Source: Streptosporangiaceae bacterium (lineage in GTDB: Bacteria > Actinomycetota > Actinomycetes > Streptosporangiales > Streptosporangiaceae). From it: 64,000 bases of DNA. Where the stretch lies: positions 170,684 through 234,683 of the forward strand of contig DASTYC010000026.1 of the NCBI GenBank assembly GCA_035765195.1, read 5' to 3'. A program made the translations under genes and the position numbers. The number at the start of each line of letters is the position of its first letter. Within the stretch, counting starts at the first letter, position 1. The notes beneath the pieces are model-generated. The model saw nothing but the letters and a program-made list of their open reading frames with translations, had not been told where the DNA came from and searched no databases. This document shows, piece by piece, positions 10,043 to 19,212 of the stretch.

Positions 10043-10990
10043 TCAGGCGAAGACGATCGTCTTGTTCTGGTGCACGATCACTCGGTCGTCGAGGTGCCAG
10101 GCCACCGCCCTGGCGAGGACCGCACGCTCCACATGCCGGCCCATCCGGCGCAGATCCTCGACCGACTGGCGATGATCGACTCGCACGATGTCCTGCTCGA
10201 TGATCGGCCCGGCGTCCAGTTCGGCGGTCACATAGTGGGCCGTCGCCCCGATCAGTTTCACGCCGCGTTCATGGGCGGCACGGTAGGGGTTCGCGCCCTT
10301 GAAGGCCGGCAGGAAACTGTGATGAATATTGATGATCGGATCGGTGAACTCGGTCAGGAACCCGGGTGAAAGGATCTGCATGTAGCGTGCCAGCACAACG
10401 AGGTCGACCTCGCCGGCGATCAGCTTCAGCTGCGCCTCCTCGGCCGCGGATTTGTTGTCTTTTGTCACCGGGACGTGGTGGAAGGGAATCCCCCAGGACG
10501 TGACCGAGTCTTCGAGATCGCGATGGTTGGAGATCACCATCTTGATATCGGTGTTGAGTTCATCGGAATGGACCCGCCACAGCAGCTCCTGAAGCACATG
10601 ATCCGCCTTCGAGACGAAGATCGCCATGCGCTTCAACTCCCCTGCGCGGGTCATCTTCCAGCGCATGGAAAACGCGTCCGACAGCTCCCCGAAAGCCGTC
10701 CTCATCTCGTCGAAGTGCTCGGTCAGGCCGTCCCGATGGAACTCGATGCGCACAAAGAACGTCCCCCCGAAGGGGTCGGTCGAGTACTGCTGGGATTCGA
10801 GGATGTTGGCGCCGCTCTCGTACAGGAAGCGCGAGACCGCGGCCACGATTCCCGGGCGGTCGGGGCAGGTGATCAACAGCCGCCCTATATCGCGGTAACG
10901 GTCGTCGAACGAGCGTTCCGCCCGTTGACTTCGCAAGCGTCCTGGAGACGCGACATGAGTACGCACGATTACCACTGTGGCCGACGCCAA
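10043..10990 (-). CDS. purU: formyltetrahydrofolate deformylase
   Basis: N-terminal ACT domain ([19 protein letters not shown]) plus formyltransferase domain ([24 protein letters not shown]). The exact start is uncertain (TTG/GTG candidates at 10990-10966). A 48-nt gap separates it from the MetV-like gene. Confidence 0.85.
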   Translation of the reverse strand: MASATVVIVRTHVASPGRLRSQRAERSFDDRYRDIGRLLITCPDRPGIVAAVSRFLYESGANILESQQYSTDPFGGTFFVRIEFHRDGLTEHFDEMRTAFGELSDAFSMRWKMTRAGELKRMAIFVSKADHVLQELLWRVHSDELNTDIKMVISNHRDLEDSVTSWGIPFHHVPVTKDNKSAAEEAQLKLIAGEVDLVVLARYMQILSPGFLTEFTDPIINIHHSFLPAFKGANPYRAAHERGVKLIGATAHYVTAELDAGPIIEQDIVRVDHRQSVEDLRRMGRHVERAVLARAVAWHLDDRVIVHQNKTIVFA

Positions 10991-11237
10991 GTCCCCGAAT
11001 CATCGCCTGCAGACACAAGCCTGTCGGCCGATCTCTTGTGGTCCGGCACAAACGAACGCGGATTTTCGCAGGTGAGCGGGCGGTTCCCGGGTGTCAACCA
11101 AGGATCAGCCGTACCAGATGAGTAACAAGCCGGTTTCAGGGAACTACCAACTAGCCCTCCTGGACTTGTTGTCCAACCCGCCGCGGACGACAATCGGGGG
11201 CAAGGCGTTGGTCGCGGAGGCTCGTTGAGGAGATCGC

Positions 11238-13061
11238 GTGCGGCGTGAGCCGGACCGGGTGGGGGCACGTCAAGTGCCGATGCGCGGCCTGGGCCTATGG
11301 GGCCTGGCGGACCCGCGTCCACCTCGTGCTCCGCGACCCGCGCGTTCGTCGCGAACCATCGCCAGATGCCTTCGGCGCTTCCTCGTTTTGGGCGGGCTGC
11401 TCTTCTGCGGGTGGCTGATCAGCGGCGTGCAGTCGGCGCACGCGGCCGACGCGTCGCGGCCGTCGACCTCATCGATCCCGTCCGCTCCCTCGTCTCCCTC
11501 GTCCCGCGCTGCCGCCGACTCCGTGCGCACCGCCGCCGCGACGCAGGCGGCCGCGACGTCGCGCCGATCGTCGACTCGCCCGGCGCGCACCACATCGGTA
11601 TCCCTCGGCGACGTCGCGCGGAGCATCTCTGGGGGCGCCCGGCCGGCCGTCCGCCGCGCGCCGGCCGCCGCCGACACGGTCTCGGCCGCGGTCCGTCCGC
11701 GCGCGGGCACCCGCACGACGGCGCCGCGCAAAGCCCAGGCCGGCGGGCTCGCCGGCCTGACGCCGCCCGTTCTCACCGCTCCCTCGGCGCGCCACGCCGC
11801 GTCGTCGCACGTCGCCGCCCCCGCGTCGCACGCGTCGCCGGGCCGCGGCCTGTCTCCCGGGCTCGACCTGCCGTCGGCGGTCGGCCCCGCTTCTGTGCCC
11901 TCCCCCGTGGCATCGGCGCTCGGCCCGCCCAGTGTGCCCGGTGCCGCGCGCGTCCCCGGTTTCGATCCCGCCGCGGCGGGGCAGCCGCCGCCCGCACTCG
12001 GTCCGCTTCCGGGGCTCGGCGTTCTCGCTCGGCTTGGCGCTCTTCCCGGACTCGGCACAGGCGTGCCGCCCGCGCTCGGGCTCCTTCCCACGGCTCCCTT
12101 AGTACTCTGGCCGGGCTCGACGGCCGGTCCACCAGGGTATGGGGAGCCGTCGGCATGGGGCCCCGCCTCGGGGAGCGGTCCCGAGCGGACGCTCGGCCCA
12201 GACGCGCCCCTCGATCCGCTTGCGGTCTTCGAGGATCTTCCGGGCTTGCCCGGCCCGCTGACCGGCGTCGTCGAGTCCGTGACCGGCACCGCCCGGCAGC
12301 CGATCGGCGCCGTCGGCGCCGTGGCCGCGATGGTCACCGGCCCGGCCGGGGTCCTCACCGGTCCGCTCGGCACCCTGCTCACGGCGCCCTTGAGCACAGA
12401 GGTGCTGCGCGCCCTGACCGCGCCGTTCACGGCGGTGCTCGGTCAGCTCACCCGCTTCACCAGGCAGCTGATTCCACGAGTGATCGACCTGCTCAGGCCG
12501 GTGGCGGGTCTCCTCGAGCCGATCGGCCGGCTCACCTTGCCGGGCGCCGTGGCCGGGGCGGCACCCATCATCACAGCGCTGCTCCCGGCGGTGACCGCCC
12601 CGGTCACCTGTCAGCCGATCAGGGCGCCGACCACCGCCGGCTCCTGGCCGGCGATCGCCCCGCCGACCGGCTCTGGCCATGTCGCCACGGGGGGGTCCAT
12701 CGAACAGCAGCTCGCCAACCCGCCGGCAGCACCTGTCGACGACCGCCCGCTCGGGGCCGGGCCACGCGCCTCCTCGACCCGCGTCCTGTGCGGACAGTGG
12801 CCGCAGCCGCCACGATCCCCGGACGTACCGCACGCGCACATGAGTGGGCAGAGCAACGGCCCGTTCTCGCCGGGCGCACCGCACTTCCCCGCGTCCGGCG
12901 GCTCGACCGGAACACTGCCCACCTCGTCGCACCACGACGGCGCCAGCGACACCCCCCGCTCCTGGCAGGCACACGTCCCCGACACGTTCGTGCCGGCCAG
13001 GGTCGTCGTCACCCCCGTCGTCCGCACCGCGGCGGACGAGCCCGCTTACTCGCCCGATTGA
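11238..13061 (+). CDS. hypothetical secreted low-complexity Pro/Ala/Ser-rich protein
   Basis: Signal-peptide-like N-terminus (RRFLVLGGLLFCGWLISGVQSAHA-AD). The start may be the internal Met at 11280. Composition is extreme, and an opposite-strand shadow ORF exists, so a partly spurious ORF cannot be excluded. Confidence 0.4.
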   Translation: MRREPDRVGARQVPMRGLGLWGLADPRPPRAPRPARSSRTIARCLRRFLVLGGLLFCGWLISGVQSAHAADASRPSTSSIPSAPSSPSSRAAADSVRTAAATQAAATSRRSSTRPARTTSVSLGDVARSISGGARPAVRRAPAAADTVSAAVRPRAGTRTTAPRKAQAGGLAGLTPPVLTAPSARHAASSHVAAPASHASPGRGLSPGLDLPSAVGPASVPSPVASALGPPSVPGAARVPGFDPAAAGQPPPALGPLPGLGVLARLGALPGLGTGVPPALGLLPTAPLVLWPGSTAGPPGYGEPSAWGPASGSGPERTLGPDAPLDPLAVFEDLPGLPGPLTGVVESVTGTARQPIGAVGAVAAMVTGPAGVLTGPLGTLLTAPLSTEVLRALTAPFTAVLGQLTRFTRQLIPRVIDLLRPVAGLLEPIGRLTLPGAVAGAAPIITALLPAVTAPVTCQPIRAPTTAGSWPAIAPPTGSGHVATGGSIEQQLANPPAAPVDDRPLGAGPRASSTRVLCGQWPQPPRSPDVPHAHMSGQSNGPFSPGAPHFPASGGSTGTLPTSSHHDGASDTPRSWQAHVPDTFVPARVVVTPVVRTAADEPAYSPD

Positions 13062-13105
13062 TCGCGGTCTGCCCGCGGCCGATTGCTGGACGCTACTCCG
13101 CGTGA

Positions 13106-13118
13106 AATGAATTTCATT
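13106..13118. promoter_or_regulatory. inverted repeat AATGAA-T-TTCATT about 110 bp upstream of the first LuxR-type regulator
   Basis: Read directly from the sequence. It shares the core TGAA-T-TTCA with the repeat upstream of the lanthipeptide synthetase at 17500-17510. Confidence 0.4.
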
Positions 13119-13228
13119 CGGAGTTCGTGGCCGCTGGGCCTCTTAACACACCAGCCGCACTGAAACCCCTACGCGCCTCGAAACAGGCGTATTTCACACG
13201 CGGTGAGTGAACAGAGAGGCAAGAGACC

Positions 13229-13849
13229 TTGATCCGTACGCTAATTTGCGAAGATGTACGCCTGCTTCGCGCAGGATTGGTCGCGTTGCTTGCCAGGCCG
13301 ACCGATATAGAAGTCATCGCACAACTGCAGAGCAGTGACCTCATCGAGCCTGTGGCACGCGTGCTCCAACCCGATGTCGCCGTGATCGACATCGACATGG
13401 CAGGCAGCCACGCGACCCTCCCCCGCCTGCGCGACGCCCTCCCCGACTGCCACATCGTGGTGCTGTTCGACCGGCTGGGGCACGGCTCGGAGCTACGCGC
13501 CGCCGCCCGGTTCGCGCAGGGCGTCATCCGCAAGACCGCACCGCCCGAACTCATCCTCACGGCGCTGCGGCGCGTGGCCCGGGGCCAACGCGTCGTGGAC
13601 CCGACTCTCGATCACGAAACATCGCGGCTGGCGGGAAACCCGCTCACCCGGCGGGAGGCCGACGTGCTCCGGATCGCCGCCGAGGGATTCTCCACCGCGG
13701 AGATCGCCGACCGCCTCGGGCTCTCGCCGGGAACCGTCCGCAATCACATCTCGAGCGCCATCTCAAAGACGGGCACGCGTAACCGGCTCGACGCCATTCG
13801 GATCGCACATGAGGAGGGGTGGCTGCTACCCTCGGCTCCGCCGAGCTAA
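13229..13849 (+). CDS. NarL/FixJ (LuxR) family response regulator
   Basis: Receiver domain plus C-terminal LuxR HTH (EADVLRIAAEGFSTAEIADRLGLSPGTVRNHISSAISK). TTG start. Confidence 0.85.
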   Translation: MIRTLICEDVRLLRAGLVALLARPTDIEVIAQLQSSDLIEPVARVLQPDVAVIDIDMAGSHATLPRLRDALPDCHIVVLFDRLGHGSELRAAARFAQGVIRKTAPPELILTALRRVARGQRVVDPTLDHETSRLAGNPLTRREADVLRIAAEGFSTAEIADRLGLSPGTVRNHISSAISKTGTRNRLDAIRIAHEEGWLLPSAPPS

Positions 13850-14049
13850 ACACACACATTACGCAGGCGCCTGCCTACATCATGTCATCGCACTTCGAAT
13901 CAGTTTCGAGTTTGCGAGTCATTTGACGATCGGTGTACACACTGTGTTAAATAGAACCATAGAGACGTTAGTTGAGCGTAATCGAAGTCCTGCATGGAAG
14001 CCGTCCATCTGGGAATGGCTGGCTCGTGGCTCTGGCATACGGAGACGGG

Positions 14050-14670
14050 ATGAGTAGCGCTGCTTCGATACGCATCATGATCGCCGAACACATGCCCCTG
14101 CTCCGGGGCGGGCTGGTCGCGCTGCTCTCCCACGAGGCGGACATCGAGGTCATCGCGGAGGCGGAACGTGGCGATCAAGTCGTGCCGGTGGCCGTGACCC
14201 GGCTCCCCGACATCGCCCTGATCGACAGCAGTCTGCCGGGAACCGACGGCTACACGGCGGCCCGCCAACTGCACGAGCGGCTCCCCAGCTGCCGAACGCT
14301 GATCATGGCGTCCCACCCGCGCGCGGGCGACCTGCGGCGGGTCGTGGCGGCGCGGGCGTACGGCCTCGTGCTGCACGCGGCGCCGCCCAAGCACATGGCC
14401 AACGCGATCCGGCAGGTCGCCAAGGGGCAGCGCGTGGTCGATCCCGACCTCGCCTTCGCCGCCCTCGACGTGCCCGACACCCCGCTCACCCCGCGCGAGC
14501 TCGAGGTGCTGCGGATGGCCGCCCAGGGTGCGCCGCCGAACGACATCGCCGACGATCTCTGCCTGACCGTGGGCACGGTTCGCAACCATCTGACGCGGAT
14601 CATCAACAAGACCGGCGCGCGCAACCGGGTCGACGCGATCCGGATCGCCGGCGAGGCGGGGTGGTTGTGA
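14050..14670 (+). CDS. NarL/FixJ (LuxR) family response regulator, atypical receiver (AEH in place of the DD acidic pocket)
   Basis: Paralogue of the preceding gene with a LuxR HTH (ELEVLRMAAQGAPPNDIADDLCLTVGTVRNHLTRIINK). The N-terminus IMIAEHMPLL lacks the paired aspartates. Confidence 0.8.
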   Translation: MSSAASIRIMIAEHMPLLRGGLVALLSHEADIEVIAEAERGDQVVPVAVTRLPDIALIDSSLPGTDGYTAARQLHERLPSCRTLIMASHPRAGDLRRVVAARAYGLVLHAAPPKHMANAIRQVAKGQRVVDPDLAFAALDVPDTPLTPRELEVLRMAAQGAPPNDIADDLCLTVGTVRNHLTRIINKTGARNRVDAIRIAGEAGWL

Positions 14671-14693
14671 TCTGCCCCGCCTGATATCTCCGC

Positions 14694-17297
14694 CTATCTC
14701 GGCCGCGCGGAGTCCCGTTCCAGTAGCGGCAGCGCGACGGGGTCGTCGTGCAGCGCCGCGCCCAGCGCGAGGAGGACGCCCGCCGCGCCCGTCGCCAGGT
14801 CCATCGACAGCCGATACAGATGATCGCCGGGGAAGGCGAGATGTCCCCGGTACGACAGCGCGTGCCAGGCCAGGTTCCGTACCTGCAGCGACACATCGCG
14901 GTCGGCCCAGGCGCGGCCCGGCTGGTAGCGACCGGCCAGATAGGCGATGATCCCGGCCCGCCCGTTGAACAGCCCGGGCTGCGTCACGAACGGGAGCCGC
15001 ACCCCGCGCCTGATCGCCGCACTGGCCGCGCTGAACCGCTCGTCCACCCGGTGGGCGAGGTACTCGTCGAGGACGACGGCGATGCCGGCGGAGCCGCGGT
15101 TGAGGTAGGGCACCGTCCGCGTGCCCTCGTTGACATACAGCGTCGTCCCGTCCGGTCCGGCCACGCAGCGCCGCAGATCCTGGCCGAGCGCTTCGGCGGC
15201 GCGGTCGAGCCATCCCGGGTCGCCGCTGTCTTCGAACATCCGGATGAACAGCAAGGCGGGGCCCGATGACCCGTCGAAGAGCCCGGCGTACGGATGGCCC
15301 GCCCCGTCGGCGTCGGCCATGTCGTCCTCGGCACCGAGTCGGTCGGCGACCATGTCCGCCGCCCGCACGGCGGCGTCGTACAGGACCGGCTCGCCGACCT
15401 GACGGGCGAGGTGGCGAAGGTTCAGCGCGATCCCGGACAGCCCGCTCCCCAGGTCGAGGCCGAGTTGCTCCCACTCCCTGCCCATGCAGGCCTCGATGAT
15501 CTTCATTGCCTCGTCGCGCCGGCACAGGTGTTCCAGCACGTACGCGACGCCATGCAGGCCGTCGTAGAAGCCGAGCCGGGCGTCTTCCGGCGGGCTGAGC
15601 GCCTGCCGCGCCAGCCAGCTTTCGAACGCCGGGTAGCGGCCGGCGCCGGTCGCGTCGAGCGCGTAGAGCACGCCCGCCGCCCCGTAGGCGATGTTGAGGC
15701 CCCCAGTACGGAAATGCTCGATATCTCCGGGAAAGAGCCGGTCGGCGCGGTCCGGCGTGGCGCTGGCCAGGATCGCCGCGGTCAGTGACGCGCGGGCGCG
15801 CTCCCAGCCGGCCGCGTCGGGCACCAGCGTCGGATGTCCGCCGCCGGCCGGCCCGGGCGCGGCGGCGTCCGCCGGGTGGATCTGCGCGACCGCCTCATCG
15901 AGGAAACCGGCCGGGACGGGGAAGTGGGCGGCGATGATCTCGGCGAAGTGCGCCGCCTTGCTCCGCTGCAGCACCAGCATGCTGGTGAGGGGAAGAAACA
16001 CGGCGAGCCGCAAGCAGGCCAGGGCGTACCGGTCCCGCTCGAATCCCGTCCGGTCCTGTGGCGCGGCGAAGCCCGGGTGCGCCAGATCGGGTGCGCCGGG
16101 CTCGCCCACGTGGGCCGCGGCCTCGAAGTCGACCAGCGCGACGCTGTCGTCGGGCCGCACGATGACGTTGAACGGATGGAGGTCGCCGAACACCACACCC
16201 CGCCGGTGCACCTCCGTCACCGCCTCCTCGACCCTCCCGTACATGCGCAGCGCCCACTTGGTGTACTCGGTGGCCTGCTCCGCGCCGGCCGTCGGGTCGC
16301 TCAGCGGGTAGCGCTCGCGGAGCCGCTCATCGAGCGTCACGCCCTCGACGAAGTCCCGCACCAGGTAGGTGCGCTGCCCGACCGTGAAGTACCCCCGTAC
16401 GGCCGGCACCGCGGCGAGACCCGTGAGCGACTCCATGATCGACCGTTCGTGCGCCAGCCGCGCCACCGCGTCCGCCGCGTCCAGCGTGAGCCCCGCGTGC
16501 GGTCGCGCCTCCTTGACGACGACGGCTTCGCCGCTCCGCGTATCCCTGGCCGCGTAGACGCCGCCGCCGTTGGACAGGTGCAGCACGCGCTCCACCAGGA
16601 AGGGCGGCATCGGCGTCGTCGTGGGGAAGCGGCCGGTCTCGAGGTGGGGCTCGAGCACTGCCGGCAACCGCACCCAGGGAGGCGGTGAGAACGACTCCGT
16701 CTGCCGATCGGGCACCAGGCGTCCGTCGGGGTCCTCGATCGCGGGTTCCCAGACCCCGCGGTCGAACAGGCCATAGCGCGGCACGAAACCGCCGTACCGG
16801 ACATACAGCGGTCCGTCCGCCCAGCGCAGGCCCCCGAGCAGGTACGGCCCGGGACGGCCGCCGAGCACCCTGTCCAATTCGGTCAAGATGGTCGCCAGCC
16901 GCGCCTCGTCCTCCGGATAGATCGTGACCAGCTTGCCGCTCGACTCCCTGCAGGCGTACTTCGCGTTGCGCGTATGCAGCACATGCGGCGCACGCAGGAA
17001 CTTGAAAGAAACGAGGCGTGGGACGCAGTAGTCCCACACCTCCTGAAGGGTCTCCTCGGCGGTGTCGAGGGTGGCCGAAACGTGGATCTTCCATCCCTGC
17101 CGCGGCGGCGGCCCGTGCGGGGAACCGAGGTCGTCGCAGGGTGCCAGCGCCACCCAGTCGCCTCGCGTGATGCGGCGCCAGCCCGGCGGCGCGGGGCGGC
17201 CGGTTACCTCGTAGCCGACGCTCTCGGTCCGCGGGCCCACCGGGGAGTCGTAAAAGAGCGGGTCGGCAAGGCAATAGAGCTCATACCGCATGTGCAC
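14694..17297 (-). CDS. class III lanthipeptide synthetase (LanKC-type: N-terminal phospho-Ser/Thr lyase, central Ser/Thr kinase, C-terminal LanC-like cyclase lacking Zn ligands)
   Basis: About 865 aa. Kinase motifs (VVVKEAR, HRRGVVFGDLHPFNVIV, DFE). The LanC-like domain has GxxG repeats (GLSGIAL, GSSGPALL, GSAGIAVVL, GRAGIIAYL, ATGAAGVLLAL) but no CHG/WCxG zinc ligands. The likely start is the ATG at 17291. Confidence 0.85.
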   Translation of the reverse strand: MHMRYELYCLADPLFYDSPVGPRTESVGYEVTGRPAPPGWRRITRGDWVALAPCDDLGSPHGPPPRQGWKIHVSATLDTAEETLQEVWDYCVPRLVSFKFLRAPHVLHTRNAKYACRESSGKLVTIYPEDEARLATILTELDRVLGGRPGPYLLGGLRWADGPLYVRYGGFVPRYGLFDRGVWEPAIEDPDGRLVPDRQTESFSPPPWVRLPAVLEPHLETGRFPTTTPMPPFLVERVLHLSNGGGVYAARDTRSGEAVVVKEARPHAGLTLDAADAVARLAHERSIMESLTGLAAVPAVRGYFTVGQRTYLVRDFVEGVTLDERLRERYPLSDPTAGAEQATEYTKWALRMYGRVEEAVTEVHRRGVVFGDLHPFNVIVRPDDSVALVDFEAAAHVGEPGAPDLAHPGFAAPQDRTGFERDRYALACLRLAVFLPLTSMLVLQRSKAAHFAEIIAAHFPVPAGFLDEAVAQIHPADAAAPGPAGGGHPTLVPDAAGWERARASLTAAILASATPDRADRLFPGDIEHFRTGGLNIAYGAAGVLYALDATGAGRYPAFESWLARQALSPPEDARLGFYDGLHGVAYVLEHLCRRDEAMKIIEACMGREWEQLGLDLGSGLSGIALNLRHLARQVGEPVLYDAAVRAADMVADRLGAEDDMADADGAGHPYAGLFDGSSGPALLFIRMFEDSGDPGWLDRAAEALGQDLRRCVAGPDGTTLYVNEGTRTVPYLNRGSAGIAVVLDEYLAHRVDERFSAASAAIRRGVRLPFVTQPGLFNGRAGIIAYLAGRYQPGRAWADRDVSLQVRNLAWHALSYRGHLAFPGDHLYRLSMDLATGAAGVLLALGAALHDDPVALPLLERDSARPR

Positions 17298-17499
17298 GAC
17301 GAGTCCTTTTGTGTTGCTGCTCGCCGGAAGGGTTCACTCTGGGCGCGGGCGGGTCACCGCGAAGGCGGGAGGCTACCTCCGGCACGGGGGCTGGGTGCAA
17401 CCCGAGACTTACAAGATGCGCCAGGCGGAGCTAGTGACTGTCCTCACTAGCTGCTCATGAGTTCCTCATGATGGTTGCATGAATCGCTCACGGATATGT

Positions 17500-17510
17500 G
17501 TGAATTTCAC
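17500..17510. promoter_or_regulatory. inverted repeat GTGAA-T-TTCAC in the AT-richer region about 200 bp upstream of the lanthipeptide synthetase
   Basis: Read directly from the sequence, within the extended near-palindrome ATGTGTGAATTTCACCCAT. Confidence 0.4.
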
Positions 17511-17602
17511 CCATGACACGTGGCCGCTGACCAGGGTCGCCGCTTTTTGGGTAGATGTCATACATCGGCGGTTGAGAGCACATTAGCCGGGATCGACCCG
17601 GT

Positions 17603-18436
17603 TCAGCCGGTCGAATCGGTCGAACCGATCTGACCGATCTGACCGGCTGGATCGGACGGCTTGTTCGTGCCGCCCCCGCCGGATGAACCGGTCGCGGTCC
17701 GCGCGCCCAGATAGCTCGCGATGAGCAGTTCCCGGTCGCGGCGCAGCTCGGCGGCGGGCCGGTCGATGACGATCTTCCCGTGCGCGAGCACGTAGCCGCG
17801 GTCGGCGAACTCCAGGGCGAGCTGCACCTGCTGCTCGACCAGCAGCACCCCGCAGCCCGAGTCGAGGGCGTATCGCCGTACGACCGGGAGCAGGCCTTCG
17901 ACGATCACCGGCGCCAGGCCCAGCGTGAGCTCGTCGAGCAGCAGCAGCCGGGGCCGCCTCGCCAGCGCCCGGCCCACCGCGAGCATCTGCTGCTCGCCGC
18001 CGGACAGCAGGCCGGCTCGCCGTCCCCGCAGCTTGCGCAGCAGCGGAAAATACTCGTAGGCCAGGTCCTGGTCGAGCCGCTCGCGGGGATGCCCGAGCCG
18101 GAAATGCTCGGCGACCGTCAGCCCGAAGAAGATGCCGCGTCCCTCCGGCACGTGCGCGATCCCCCTGCGGGCCCGCGCGCTCGGCGAGACCGCAGCGAGG
18201 TCGGCGCCGTCAAACGTGATCCGTCCGGCCATCGGGCGCACGATGCCGGAGATCGTCCGCAGCGTCGTCGTCTTTCCCGCGCCGTTGGCCCCGAGCAGCG
18301 CGACCACCTCGCCCGCCCCAACGGTCAGGTCGAGCTCGCGCACGACCGGCGCATGCTCATAGCCGGCGGTCAGCCCCGCCACATCGAGCACCGTGGCGGT
18401 GGCCCGGGCGGGCGCGGCACGCTCGCTCGCGTTCAT
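17603..18436 (-). CDS. livF: branched-chain amino acid ABC transporter ATP-binding protein (LivF-like)
   Basis: Walker A GANGAGKTT and signature LSGGEQQ. The start overlaps the LivG-like stop. Confidence 0.85.
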   Translation of the reverse strand: MNASERAAPARATATVLDVAGLTAGYEHAPVVRELDLTVGAGEVVALLGANGAGKTTTLRTISGIVRPMAGRITFDGADLAAVSPSARARRGIAHVPEGRGIFFGLTVAEHFRLGHPRERLDQDLAYEYFPLLRKLRGRRAGLLSGGEQQMLAVGRALARRPRLLLLDELTLGLAPVIVEGLLPVVRRYALDSGCGVLLVEQQVQLALEFADRGYVLAHGKIVIDRPAAELRRDRELLIASYLGARTATGSSGGGGTNKPSDPAGQIGQIGSTDSTG

Positions 18437-19212
18437 CGCGCCTCCTCGACGACCTCGGCGGCGGCGCTGCCCAGGTACGCCGCCACGACGCCGGGGTCGC
18501 CGCGCACCACGTCGGGCGGGCCCTGCGCGATGACCTCGCCGAAGTTGAGCACCACCACGTGGTCGCACACCGACAGCACCAGCCCCATGTCGTGATCGAC
18601 GAGCAGCGTGGCGGTGCCGGCGTCGACCACGGCCCGCAGGTGCCGGCCCAGGTCGGCGCTCTCCGCGACGTCGAGCCCGGCCGCCGGCTCGTCCAGGCAC
18701 AGCAGCCGCGGCCGCGCGGCCAGCGCCCTGGCCACCCCGACCAGCTTGCGCTTGCCCTGGGGCAGGTCGGTGGCCAACCTGTCGGCGTCCCCTTCGAGGC
18801 CGAGCAGCGCCAGCGCGTCGTCGAGCGCCGGCGTCGCGGACGCCGACCGCGACACCGTCTCCTTGATCCCGGCCCACAGCGGCTGCCGGTGCGCGGTGGC
18901 GACGGCGAGGTTCTCGCGGACGGTCAGGTCGTCGAACAGCTCGACGCTCTGCCACGTCCGGGCGAGGCCGCGGCGGGCGCGCGCGTGCGGCGGCGCGGTG
19001 GACAGGTCCCGCCCGGCGAGCTCCACGCGTCCGCGGCAGCGCACGAACCCGCTGATCGCGTCGATGAACGTCGTCTTGCCGGCGCCGTTCGGCCCGATCA
19101 GCCCGACGAGCCTGCCGGGTCCGACCTCGAGATCGACGTCGGACAGCGCCCGGACGCCCCCGAAGGCGACCGAGATCCCGCTGGCGCGCAGCACCGCGTC
19201 CGTGGTGGTCAT
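18433..19212 (-). CDS. livG: branched-chain amino acid ABC transporter ATP-binding protein (LivG-like)
   Basis: Walker A GPNGAGKTT and LPQGKRKL signature. Confidence 0.85.
   Translation of the reverse strand: MTTTDAVLRASGISVAFGGVRALSDVDLEVGPGRLVGLIGPNGAGKTTFIDAISGFVRCRGRVELAGRDLSTAPPHARARRGLARTWQSVELFDDLTVRENLAVATAHRQPLWAGIKETVSRSASATPALDDALALLGLEGDADRLATDLPQGKRKLVGVARALAARPRLLCLDEPAAGLDVAESADLGRHLRAVVDAGTATLLVDHDMGLVLSVCDHVVVLNFGEVIAQGPPDVVRGDPGVVAAYLGSAAAEVVEEAR

Noticed and set aside
10991-11237. SAM-IV or SAM-I riboswitch upstream of purU
   Set aside because: I could not find the conserved GGCAACCCUCC / GGUGCCCCGGGUGA (SAM-IV) or SAM-I kink-turn/P3 signatures by eye. It is retained only as an unspecified leader candidate.
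17298-17602. Small ORFs MTSTQKAATLVSGHVSWVKFTHIREREFMQPS (minus) and MRQAELVTVLTSCS (plus) as lanthipeptide precursors
   Set aside because: Neither has a leader plus Ser/Ser/Cys-rich core typical of class III precursors, nor an RBS. They are too short or compositionally wrong.
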